From Alphaproteobacteria bacterium (GTDB lineage: Bacteria > Pseudomonadota > Alphaproteobacteria > Rs-D84), in NCBI GenBank assembly GCA_009784815.1, contig WQXN01000001.1, positions 1,857-65,856 of the forward strand: DNA of 64,000 bases, in the 5' to 3' direction. How positions within the stretch are numbered: the stretch's first letter is position 1; each line of letters starts with the position of its first letter. Position numbers and translations under genes: made by a program. Shown in pieces: positions 46,483 through 54,882 of the stretch. Below the pieces are notes generated by a model. That model was given only the letters and a program-made list of their open reading frames with translations. It did not search any database and had not been told where the DNA came from.

Positions 46483-48216
46483 ATGAAGTTTATAAAATTC
46501 ATGTCCGTACTTTTGCTTTGCTTTCTTGCCGCCTGCGGCGGAGGCCAGGCGCCGAGGCTGAACGAGCCCGCCCCGGCCGCCATGCCGACAGCAAGCGCCG
46601 AACCGATTGATCTGACTTACGGCTGGTTTCCGGGGCTTGACGGAGATGATCCCGCGCGCCTGTACGGAGCTTATCACAAGGGTCGCGGCCGCGCGGCCGT
46701 TCTTCTCCCGCTTAGCGGAAATACGGCCGCCGCCGGAATAGCCATGCAGAGGGGGATGGAGATAGCCGCTCTTAAATCGCGCGAGACTTTGGTCGTGGAA
46801 TTCTTCGATATAGGAAATAATCGCGACGCCGCCATCGAGGGCGCGCTGGCCAGTGGTGCGGACATAATTCTTGGACCGCTGTTCGCGGACGATGTTGCGG
46901 CGCTGCGCAAAAAAAATACTGAAAAAATCCCGGTCATAGCTTTTACCTCGGATTCCGAAGTTTTGGGAAACGCAATATTCTCGCTTGGCTTGTCGCCGCG
47001 CCAGCAGACAGAACGCATAGTCCGTTACGCCTCCGCGACGGACAGGAAAAACCTTTTGATCATTGCGCCTGATTCCAGGTCGGGACGCGCTCTTGCCCAG
47101 GCTGCCCGCGCAAGCGCCGATCTGTACGGCATGAATGTCGTCGGTCTTTATTACCATGATGAGAATGCCGCGCCCGAGAGGCTTAGAGAATTCGCGCGGA
47201 ACGTCGCCCTTTACAGGACCAGGTCCGAAGCCAATTCCGAAGCTAGGTCAAGGCTTGCCGAAATTCTGACCGAAGGCGGTTTGACATCGGACGAGCGGAA
47301 TAGTTTGGAGGAACAGCTGCGAGCCAGAAATTCCGCCGATACATTGGGAAGCTTGCCTTATGATTCCATTCTGTTTCTGTCGAATGCTAATGACACAAAG
47401 AGTCTTGCATCGTTTATCAGATATTACGATGTGCGCGCTGACCGAGTGCGGTTCTTTGGTACGGCCGCCTGGGATGCGGACGGGGTGAGAAGCGATCTGA
47501 TATTATCAGGCGGCGTTTTTCCGGGTCTGAGGCCGCTTGTTCTTAATCCCGAATTTTCCGAAGCTTACCGCGCGCTGGACGGCCGCGACCCGGCGCGCGC
47601 GGTCGGGGCAGGTTATGACGCGGTTATGATAGCGGCCGACGTTGTTAGAAGCGAGATGCCAGTGAAAGTCGCCCTGACTTCCCCGGACGGCTGGAAGGGT
47701 ATCGACGGCATAGTGCGCTTTATGCCCAACGGAGAATCAGAAAGGGGGCTTACCATATTCCGTCTTAACGGAACGCGGCGCATGGCGGTTGCCGACATAG
47801 CTCAGGAAAATTTTAAGCAGCCGATTTATCGCCTGGGCAGGATTCCATCCGGATCGGGAAAACCTATTCCGCTTCCGACGCTTGATATAGACGTTTTGGA
47901 TTATATAGACGTGCCTTACAGGTATACCGGCCGCGGCATTGCGCCTGCGGGGACCGTTCACGTGTTCGAGCCCGGTGAGCAAAACATAATATTTATGGAC
48001 GATGCGCCTAGCGAAGTCTTTATCGAGGATGATTTCAAATTCGAAGCGCCTGAAAGGATCGAACAGCAATTATTGGACGATGTCCGCATAATAGAAAGGC
48101 CGCGTCCCGCCGCCAATGCCAATCGTCCGCCTGCGCCGATAATTCAGCCTGCGCCCGTAGCCCCGGTCCAAACCGTCGAGCTTGACGAAGACTATATAGA
48201 CGTGGAACCGTTTTGA
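46483..48216 (+). CDS. LpoA-like lipoprotein (periplasmic-binding-protein fold, PBP activator-like)
   Basis: 577 aa from MKFIKFMSVLLLCFLAAC (lipobox). A type-I periplasmic-binding-fold body and a Pro-rich C-terminal extension. Divergent from rsmI, as lpoA/yraM is in E. coli. Confidence 0.6.
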   Translation: MKFIKFMSVLLLCFLAACGGGQAPRLNEPAPAAMPTASAEPIDLTYGWFPGLDGDDPARLYGAYHKGRGRAAVLLPLSGNTAAAGIAMQRGMEIAALKSRETLVVEFFDIGNNRDAAIEGALASGADIILGPLFADDVAALRKKNTEKIPVIAFTSDSEVLGNAIFSLGLSPRQQTERIVRYASATDRKNLLIIAPDSRSGRALAQAARASADLYGMNVVGLYYHDENAAPERLREFARNVALYRTRSEANSEARSRLAEILTEGGLTSDERNSLEEQLRARNSADTLGSLPYDSILFLSNANDTKSLASFIRYYDVRADRVRFFGTAAWDADGVRSDLILSGGVFPGLRPLVLNPEFSEAYRALDGRDPARAVGAGYDAVMIAADVVRSEMPVKVALTSPDGWKGIDGIVRFMPNGESERGLTIFRLNGTRRMAVADIAQENFKQPIYRLGRIPSGSGKPIPLPTLDIDVLDYIDVPYRYTGRGIAPAGTVHVFEPGEQNIIFMDDAPSEVFIEDDFKFEAPERIEQQLLDDVRIIERPRPAANANRPPAPIIQPAPVAPVQTVELDEDYIDVEPF

Positions 48217-48241
48217 TTTATCTGTGTTTTTGTGATATAAT
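48213..48241 (+). promoter_or_regulatory. near-consensus extended -10 promoter
   Basis: TTGATT (48213-48218), a 17-nt spacer, then TGaTATAAT (-10 hexamer at 48236-48241). The predicted TSS falls at or next to the ATG at 48248. Confidence 0.55.
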
Positions 48242-48247
48242 TCGCGT

Positions 48248-48346
48248 ATGAGAGTAATATCTTGCATTTTTGCGCTGACGCTGCTGGTTATCGTTTGCGC
48301 TGATAATGCGCGTGCGGACGACGCGGCGCAGGTTGCGCGTTTTTAA
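48248..48346 (+). CDS. candidate leaderless micro-ORF (32 aa, hydrophobic N-terminus)
   Basis: MRVISCIFALTLLVIVCADNARADDAAQVARF. No SD, with the ATG 7 nt after the -10. It is followed directly by element E4 and its terminator hairpin. Coding status is unproven. Confidence 0.3.
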   Translation: MRVISCIFALTLLVIVCADNARADDAAQVARF

Positions 48347-48476
48347 TGAGAAAATTTCAAGGATGCTAAAAAACCGACCCGCGGTGTACTGAAATGTACA
48401 TGAGTGGTCGGTTTTTTAAATGTCATTCGGCGATATAGACCAAAAACTAAAAACACGCCGATATTTTTTGTCCTTA
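48347..48476 (-). repeat. MITE-like element, truncated copy E4 (contains bidirectional terminator 48368-48417)
   Basis: Begins TAATAAGGACAAAAAAT at the dksA stop. It shares GTTTTTAGTTTTTGGTCTATATCGCCGAATGACAT and the AAAAAACCGACC...GGTCGGTTTTTT hairpin with E3. The distal arm is shortened. Confidence 0.75.
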
Positions 48477-48902
48477 TTATCGCTCGGACTTTTCTTTGAT
48501 TTCCTGCTCGGCTATGGTAAGCTCGGCCACGGGTCGCGCCATAAGCCTTTTAATGCCGATTTCATCACCTGATTCCTTGCTGTAACCATAGGTGCCGTCT
48601 TCAAGGCGTTTTAGCGCCTTGTCGTACTTTGTTATCAGAAGATTCGTGCGGCTGGCCGTGCGGATGGTAAGCTTGGCCTCCATGTCGGTTTCCGCGTCGT
48701 CGATATAATCTCCGGTGGAATGGTTCAGGTTGGCTTCGATCGTTTTATGTTTAAGCTCGGCCTCGGAATTCATTAATTCCTGGCGCTGCTGAGAGAGCAG
48801 TTGAAAGAAATACGCTTTCTGCTGCGCGCACATATACGGCTCGGAAATCTTGGGCTTGTAGCCGGCCGGAAGTTCCATAGTCTTATAGTCTTTCATGGTC
48901 AT
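48477..48902 (-). CDS. dksA: DksA-family RNA polymerase-binding factor (Cys-less variant)
   Basis: 141-aa ORF with a coiled-coil carrying a DxxDxA-like tip (DDAETDMEA). The C-terminal globular region YGYSKESGDEIGIKRLMARPVAELTIAEQE aligns to the DksA zinc-finger region, with all four Cys replaced. Confidence 0.8.
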   Translation of the reverse strand: MTMKDYKTMELPAGYKPKISEPYMCAQQKAYFFQLLSQQRQELMNSEAELKHKTIEANLNHSTGDYIDDAETDMEAKLTIRTASRTNLLITKYDKALKRLEDGTYGYSKESGDEIGIKRLMARPVAELTIAEQEIKEKSER

Positions 48903-48907
48903 GTCTC

Positions 48908-49222
48908 TTAGTTGAAGGTTTCCTTTATGAAATTTTCCAAAGCCGCCGGATCCATGGCGCCGGAACGCGCCGCAAGCAGCTCTCCCCCTCGGAATGCAAG
49001 GATGGCCGGAATCGATCTGATTCCGTATTGCGCGGCAATCGCTTTGTTCGATTCATCGTCTACGTTCACCTTGGCGAATGTTATCCCGGGGTGAAGTTTC
49101 GAGGCGGCTTCGAATATCGGACCGAACATCATGCAAGGACCGCACCATTCCGCCCAAAAGTCCATAAGGACGTCGCCGCTAGATATTACATCTTTAAAAG
49201 TGTCGCCGGTCAGTTCGCGCAT
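48908..49222 (-). CDS. trxA: thioredoxin
   Basis: 104-aa ORF with active site WAEWCGPC. Confidence 0.92.
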   Translation of the reverse strand: MRELTGDTFKDVISSGDVLMDFWAEWCGPCMMFGPIFEAASKLHPGITFAKVNVDDESNKAIAAQYGIRSIPAILAFRGGELLAARSGAMDPAALENFIKETFN

Positions 49223-49282
49223 TTTTATCCTCTTGCTTTTCTTCTCGTCCGGGCATAGTATCAGTGATCGGGGGTTAGGTCA

Positions 49283-50377
49283 ATGAAAAAAGGCTTTGGC
49301 GATATTTCTGGCATATACGCGGATGCGGCCGCAAGTGCGCTTAAACCCGATGCGGTTATTTCCGCCGAACGGGAATTTATGGAAACAATCTATGCAAACG
49401 CGGGCAGGGGGGTATGCAAAAGAAGCCGCCTTGTAGACGATATGGTTGCCGCCGCACGCGCTGATGTCGCAAAATTTATAGGTGCAGCAACCGCGGATCA
49501 GATCATATTTAACCATGGTGCTACCGAAGGCGTGAACCAGTTGGCGGCCATGCTGCCGCTTGCGCCGAATTCGGTCGTTATAGTGTCCGATCTTGATCAC
49601 CACTCGGCCAGGTTGCCCTTCATGAAAAAATGCATAACCGAAGTTATGCCGCTTGATTCGGACTTTAACATGGACGCCGGATGGCTGGCGGATCGATGCG
49701 GCCGTGGCGATGTTTCGGCAGTTGTGATAACCGCTATGTCGAATGTCGTGGGAGTTCCGCAGGACGTTAAAAAATTGGTGTCCGCGGCTGGCGGCGCCTT
49801 TACCATTATAGACGCGGCGCAATTCGTGGTGCATGATAAAATGAATGTGGCCGACTGGGGGGCTGATGCGGTTGTGTTTTCCGCTCACAAGATTTATGCC
49901 GGGACCGGCTTGGGCGTCATGTATTTAAAAAATCCGGATGATCTTGTTCCAAATTTTATTGGCGGCGGTACGGTGGCCTGGGTCGATGGAGATAAATGGG
50001 AACCGGCCCAAAGTCCTGAAAAGTTCGAAGCGGGAACTTTGCCACTGATTCAGATCGCGGGTTTGACCGAGGCTTTGAAAATCAAAGGCGTAAGGTTTGA
50101 GGGATTAAGGGAAGGGCTTGAAAAAATTCCGGGATTGAAGATTGTATCAAACAAAGACTCGCCGATCGTCAGCTTTTATTCCGACAAGCTTCATGCGCTG
50201 GACATAGGCGCCGCGCTGGGCGCAAGGAACATATGCGTTCGCGCCGGCTTGCATTGCGCCAGCTGGATTCATAAGCATCTAGGGATTCCTGGAACGGTCC
50301 GGGTGTCTTTAGGGCCCTGGAACGACGAGTGCGACGTCGTGGAAATAATAAAGGCCGTGCGGGAGATTTTTGCATGA
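49283..50377 (+). CDS. sufS: cysteine desulfurase (class V aminotransferase, SufS/CsdA-like)
   Basis: 364-aa ORF with PLP-lysine context FSAHKIYAGTGLG and catalytic Cys context RAGLHCASW. Followed by DUF59 and sufE. Confidence 0.8.
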   Translation: MKKGFGDISGIYADAAASALKPDAVISAEREFMETIYANAGRGVCKRSRLVDDMVAAARADVAKFIGAATADQIIFNHGATEGVNQLAAMLPLAPNSVVIVSDLDHHSARLPFMKKCITEVMPLDSDFNMDAGWLADRCGRGDVSAVVITAMSNVVGVPQDVKKLVSAAGGAFTIIDAAQFVVHDKMNVADWGADAVVFSAHKIYAGTGLGVMYLKNPDDLVPNFIGGGTVAWVDGDKWEPAQSPEKFEAGTLPLIQIAGLTEALKIKGVRFEGLREGLEKIPGLKIVSNKDSPIVSFYSDKLHALDIGAALGARNICVRAGLHCASWIHKHLGIPGTVRVSLGPWNDECDVVEIIKAVREIFA

Positions 50378-50682
50378 CCGAACTTGATATTATAAACGCC
50401 ATAAAGACCGTTTATGACCCCGAAATTCCGGTGAATGTTTATGATTTGGGACTTATATACAAGATAAACATCGATGGCGAAAAGGTGGTGGTTGATATGA
50501 CTTTGACTTCCCCAAGCTGTCCCATGGCGGACTATTTGGTGGAAGGCGTGCGTGACGCGGTTCTTGCCGTTCCCGGGGTAAGAAATGCTGAAGTAAAACT
50601 TGTTTGGGAACCGGCTTGGAATCTGGACATGATGTCGGATGAGGCGCGGTTTCAACTTGATTTAACCAAGGAAGGTTGGTGA
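50374..50682 (+). CDS. DUF59 / SufT-like Fe-S assembly protein
   Basis: 102 aa from MTELDIINAIKTVYDPEIPVNVYDLGLIY...TLTSPSCP, the canonical DUF59 motif. ATGA overlap with sufS. Confidence 0.82.
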   Translation: MTELDIINAIKTVYDPEIPVNVYDLGLIYKINIDGEKVVVDMTLTSPSCPMADYLVEGVRDAVLAVPGVRNAEVKLVWEPAWNLDMMSDEARFQLDLTKEGW

Positions 50683-51059
50683 TGATGGACAAATTCGAAG
50701 ACATAGCTGCAACTGTTAAATCTATTCCGGACGACGAAGAACGGCTTGAGTATATTCTTGAACTGGGAAGTCGTCTTCCCGGCATTCCGGGTGTAAAAAC
50801 CGGCGTCGAGATCAAAGGCTGTTCGTCCAGACTGGAAATTTTAAAAGAGGGCGGCGAATATTATGCCGCGTCCGATTCCCGAATGGTGGGCGGGCTTGCC
50901 TATCTGTTTTTGTCTTTGGCTTCCGGTAAAACCGATAAGGAAATAGAGGCGACGGATTTCATGGGAGAGGTTTCGAAGCTTGGGCTTCCGATAGGCTATA
51001 ACCGGGTGACGGGACTGAAGGCTTTGGAAAAATTTTTGAAAACCGGAGGTTCGGCGTGA
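50676..51059 (+). CDS. sufE: SufE-like sulfur acceptor
   Basis: 127-aa ORF with the IKGCSSRLEI active-site Cys context and ER.EYI.ELG N-terminal pattern. Confidence 0.8.
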   Translation: MVMMDKFEDIAATVKSIPDDEERLEYILELGSRLPGIPGVKTGVEIKGCSSRLEILKEGGEYYAASDSRMVGGLAYLFLSLASGKTDKEIEATDFMGEVSKLGLPIGYNRVTGLKALEKFLKTGGSA

Positions 51060-51343
51060 GTCATGGAAGGGTGCTTTTCGGAATCATGGCCTTCGCTTTG
51101 GTCGCGGTTATTTTCGCAAGCGTTATCCTGCAGGCCTTGAACAATCAGACCGAGAAAAGCGTCAGATCATTAAACGCGGCCAGCGTGCGGTTGGACCGCG
51201 GAATCGCCGATGCAAGAAGCGAATTTTCGCGTCTTATACGGACCGAAGTTTTGAAGTCCGCCCAGGTCGAAATGTTCCCCAAGTTCGAGGTCATACGCTT
51301 TAACAACAGGATAACCGTGGCCGAAATCCCAGAGGTGAAATAA
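51056..51343 (+). CDS. FtsL-like bitopic division protein
   Basis: 95-aa ORF with a single TM segment then a coiled-coil, immediately upstream of ftsI. The call is by position and topology. Confidence 0.5.
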   Translation: MSHGRVLFGIMAFALVAVIFASVILQALNNQTEKSVRSLNAASVRLDRGIADARSEFSRLIRTEVLKSAQVEMFPKFEVIRFNNRITVAEIPEVK

Positions 51344-51344
51344 T

Positions 51345-52949
51345 ATGTTCGAAATCGGGAGCGACATAGTCGCGGGATTCAAAAACTACGGAAGCGTCAG
51401 GGACCGTAGGGTAAGTTTCGCCGTAGCCGTTCTGTTCCTTATGCTTGCCGTATTCTCGATTCGCCTGGTGCAGCTGGGTTTGGAATCTCCCTCGGCGCAT
51501 CGGCGCGGCGCGGGCGCGGGCGGCTGGACGGCCATGCGAGCGGACATAACCGACCGAAATGGTGAGCTGCTGGCCGCAACTACCGCCGGCTTCTTCATCA
51601 AAGTCTTTCCCTCCGGAATGACTGCGGACGCGCCCGAAGTCCTTAAAAGGATCGATCCTTCGCTTTCCGCCGATAGGCTGCTTGCCATAACTTCGTCGAA
51701 TGCCGCTGCTCTTTATATTAATTCTTCACCCTTGCCCGCCGGATCGGATGTTTTGGGTAAAGCCCGCGCCGCGCGCCGCGATTGGATCGAGATAGAGGAA
51801 AGACGGCTTAGGGCTTATTCCAAGCGCCGCGCCGCTTCGCATATCGTGGGTTTCGTAGGTCGCGACGGCAGAGGTTTGGAGGGGGCCGAAAAGTTTTTGG
51901 ACAGGCGTTTGCGTGAATCCGAGGAACCGGTCGCGCTTTCGATAGATTTCCGCGTGCAGAGTATTTTGCACAGGGAGCTTGAGATAACCAAGCGCAGGCA
52001 CAATGCAAAAATGGCCGCCGGGATTCTTATGGATTCTTTGACCGGCGAAATAATTGCTGCGGTTCAGATTCCGGATTTCGATCCCGAAAACCGCGATGGA
52101 GTCCCCGCCCGAGACATAACTTTTTGGCCGCTGCGCGGGACTTACGAGATGGGAAGCATATTCAAGCTTTTCAATTCCGCGCTGGCTTACGAGAGCGGCC
52201 TTAAAAAATCCACACTTTACGATGTTTCGAAGCCACTTGCAGTAGGTCGTCATTTTGTGCGTGACTTAGGCGCTTCAAGGAATCGCCCGAACAGAATGAA
52301 CATAGACGACGTTTTCGTTTGGTCTTCCAACATAGGATCGGCGAAAATCGCGCTTTCCATGCCGCGCGGCAAGCAGACCGAGTTCTTTCGCAAAATACGC
52401 CTGGGCGAAGCTTTGGATATAAACGGGCTTGGGCGCACGGTGGCGAATCCGGTTCCGCGAAACTCGTCCGATATGGACATCGCAAGCATGTCTTTCGGGC
52501 ACGGCATAGCTGTAAGCATGATGAACTTGGTCGCCGCGTCGAACGCCATGGTGAACGGCGGTATTTTCATAGTTCCGCGCCTGACCAAGGCTTTGCCCGG
52601 CGAAGCCCTGCGCGGCGAGCGCGTTCTGTCCGTAGAAGTGTCCGCCAAGCTTAGGGAGGCCATGTTCCGCGTGTCCGAAGAGACTACCGGACGTTTGGCA
52701 AGGGTCGGCGGAATCAATATAGGGTCCAAAACGGGCACCGCAAGAAAACCCGTTCCAGGCGGATATTCCGCCACCAAAAACATAGCAAGCTTTGTCTCGG
52801 TGTTCCCGATAGAATCTCCAAAATATATATTGCTTATTATTTTGGACGAGCCGGATGCCGAACCGGGAGTTCCACGCACCGCGGCGCACAACGTGGTTCC
52901 CGCCACCGGGCGGATATTGGATTCGGTCGTTCCGATGCTTATTAAATAA
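51345..52949 (+). CDS. ftsI: peptidoglycan D,D-transpeptidase FtsI (PBP3)
   Basis: 534-aa ORF with a TM anchor and motifs GSIFK (SxxK), SSN and KTGT. Confidence 0.88.
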   Translation: MFEIGSDIVAGFKNYGSVRDRRVSFAVAVLFLMLAVFSIRLVQLGLESPSAHRRGAGAGGWTAMRADITDRNGELLAATTAGFFIKVFPSGMTADAPEVLKRIDPSLSADRLLAITSSNAAALYINSSPLPAGSDVLGKARAARRDWIEIEERRLRAYSKRRAASHIVGFVGRDGRGLEGAEKFLDRRLRESEEPVALSIDFRVQSILHRELEITKRRHNAKMAAGILMDSLTGEIIAAVQIPDFDPENRDGVPARDITFWPLRGTYEMGSIFKLFNSALAYESGLKKSTLYDVSKPLAVGRHFVRDLGASRNRPNRMNIDDVFVWSSNIGSAKIALSMPRGKQTEFFRKIRLGEALDINGLGRTVANPVPRNSSDMDIASMSFGHGIAVSMMNLVAASNAMVNGGIFIVPRLTKALPGEALRGERVLSVEVSAKLREAMFRVSEETTGRLARVGGINIGSKTGTARKPVPGGYSATKNIASFVSVFPIESPKYILLIILDEPDAEPGVPRTAAHNVVPATGRILDSVVPMLIK

Positions 52950-52983
52950 AGCTTGATCGCAATCCTAGTTTTTTCTATTCTGC

Positions 52984-53283
52984 ATGAAAATAAAGGAGTT
53001 TAAGATGGAAGACATTGTAAGTTCTAGCGGAGGTAATATATCCGGCCTTTTGATATGGTGCGTGCTGCTTTTCGGATTCATGTATTTCTTTATGATCCGG
53101 CCAAACAGAAAGCGCATGGAGGATGCCAAAAAGATGCAGGACGGATTAAAAATCGGCGATAAGGTAATTGTCGCGGCCGGCATAAAGGGAGTTATTAAAA
53201 AGATCGAAAAAGACACGGTTGTGGTAATTTCTGGAAAATCCGAAATAGAAGTGGCGCGCGCCAGCGTTTCGTCTAAAGAATAA
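52984..53283 (+). CDS. yajC: preprotein translocase subunit YajC
   Basis: 99-aa ORF with a TM segment then FFMIRPNRKR....M...LK.GDKV....GI.G.I motif. Upstream of secD. Confidence 0.85.
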   Translation: MKIKEFKMEDIVSSSGGNISGLLIWCVLLFGFMYFFMIRPNRKRMEDAKKMQDGLKIGDKVIVAAGIKGVIKKIEKDTVVVISGKSEIEVARASVSSKE

Positions 53284-53295
53284 TAGGAAAAACAC

Positions 53296-54882
53296 ATGTT
53301 TAAGAAACTGATAATAATAGCGGCGGCGCTGTTTGGCTGCGTTCTTGTGCTGCCTACCATTGCGCCGGGTACTTTTGGGTTCCTGCCGAATTTCATGCAG
53401 CCGATACCTTTGGGGCTTGACCTTAAGGGCGGCGCGCATATTCTGCTTTCCGTCGATACCGACGCCATGAATGCCGAGCAGAACGGCCAGCTTTACGACG
53501 GTATCCGCGCTGCGCTGGTCAATCGGGACAAAGGGCTTATAAGGTTTTCTAACTTGACCAGGGGTGGTGATTCCGTGTCGGTGGTCATACGTGACGCAGG
53601 CGAAATGTCGAACGCGCGCGGCCGCATACGCAGCGAATTCGGGGATAATATAGATATAAAGCAGACGGGCAATAGTCTTGAGGTAAGCTTTACAAGCCGC
53701 GCGCGCGAACAAAGGCTTGGCGACGTGGTGTCTAGGTCCATAGAGATTATCCGCAACCGAATAGATTCCATAGGCACCAAAGACCCTTCGATTCAGCAGC
53801 AGGGATCGCAGTATATACTTGTGCAGCTGCCGGGCGTCGATAATCCCGAACGCATAAAGGATCTTATCGGAAAAACCGCCAAGATGACGTTTCACCTTGT
53901 GAACGAACGCATCACGAACGAGCAGCTGATGTCCGGGCGCCCTCCGGTCGGCACCGAATTTCTGCCTCATATAGAAAACCCGGCTATGATAGTGCCGGTC
54001 TTTACCCGCGTCGAAGTGTCCGGCGAAAACTTGATAGATTCGCAGGCTTCCTTCGACCAGCAGAACGGTATGCCGGTCGTGACCACCGTGTTCGACAGCG
54101 TGGGCGCGCGCCGTTTCGCCCGGCTTACCACCGCCCATGTCGACGAGCGTTTTGCGATAGTATTGGACGGTCAGGTGCTGAGCGCTCCGGTGATACGCCA
54201 GCCCATCATAGGCGGACGCGGACAAATTTCAGGAGGCTTTACGGTGCAGAGCGCGAAGGACTTGTCCGTATTGCTGCGTTCGGGCGCGCTGCCGGCTCCG
54301 CTGATCGTGGTCGAGGAGCGCACGATAGGCCCCGGTCTTGGCGAGGATTCCATTCGCGCCGGAAAGATCGCGTCGTTCTTCGGGGTGCTGTTCATTATGA
54401 TCTTCATGCTGGTCGTATATCGCGGATTCGGTTTGATAGCCAACTTCGTGCTGCTGGTGAACCTTACGATGCTTATGGGATTCCTGGCTTTGTTCGGCAC
54501 TACTATGACTTTGCCGGGTATCGCGGGTCTTGTGCTGACCTTGGCCATGGCGGTAGACGCGAATATTCTTATCTTCGAGCGCATGAGGGACGAGATGCGG
54601 GCAGGAGCGTCCAGCCTTAAGGCCGTGGATTCGGGATTCCGCCGCGCGTTCAAGGCAATACTTGACGCCAACCTTACCACTCTGATCTGCACTTTGATCC
54701 TGTTCCAGTTCGGTGCCGGACCCATACGCGGATTCGCGGTCGTGCTGTCGGTCGGAGTATTCACAACTCTGTTCACTTGCGTGCCGCTGTCGCGCCTTGT
54801 CATAGATACTTATATGAACGGAAAAAATAAGAAAATCGGCTTTATAAAGCCGGAACTTAGCAACAGCAAGGAGATCGCGTGA
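53296..54882 (+). CDS. secD: protein translocase subunit SecD
   Basis: 528-aa ORF with a large periplasmic domain (LGLDLKGG) and a C-terminal RND-like 6-TM bundle. Confidence 0.92.
   Translation: MFKKLIIIAAALFGCVLVLPTIAPGTFGFLPNFMQPIPLGLDLKGGAHILLSVDTDAMNAEQNGQLYDGIRAALVNRDKGLIRFSNLTRGGDSVSVVIRDAGEMSNARGRIRSEFGDNIDIKQTGNSLEVSFTSRAREQRLGDVVSRSIEIIRNRIDSIGTKDPSIQQQGSQYILVQLPGVDNPERIKDLIGKTAKMTFHLVNERITNEQLMSGRPPVGTEFLPHIENPAMIVPVFTRVEVSGENLIDSQASFDQQNGMPVVTTVFDSVGARRFARLTTAHVDERFAIVLDGQVLSAPVIRQPIIGGRGQISGGFTVQSAKDLSVLLRSGALPAPLIVVEERTIGPGLGEDSIRAGKIASFFGVLFIMIFMLVVYRGFGLIANFVLLVNLTMLMGFLALFGTTMTLPGIAGLVLTLAMAVDANILIFERMRDEMRAGASSLKAVDSGFRRAFKAILDANLTTLICTLILFQFGAGPIRGFAVVLSVGVFTTLFTCVPLSRLVIDTYMNGKNKKIGFIKPELSNSKEIA

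Noticed and set aside
53146-54225. 359-aa ORF antisense to secD. Similar long shadow ORFs occur at 26795-27649, 9064-9963, 7619-8320, 37298-38011, 15857-16591, 58880-59602, 49280-49888, 52250-52906 and 31630-32247.
   Set aside because: Each is completely nested in, or antisense to, a gene with strong family motifs. Their translations are Arg/Ser/Pro/Gly/His-rich and low-complexity, with no motifs, RBS or independent intergenic context. They are typical frame shadows in a moderately GC-rich genome.
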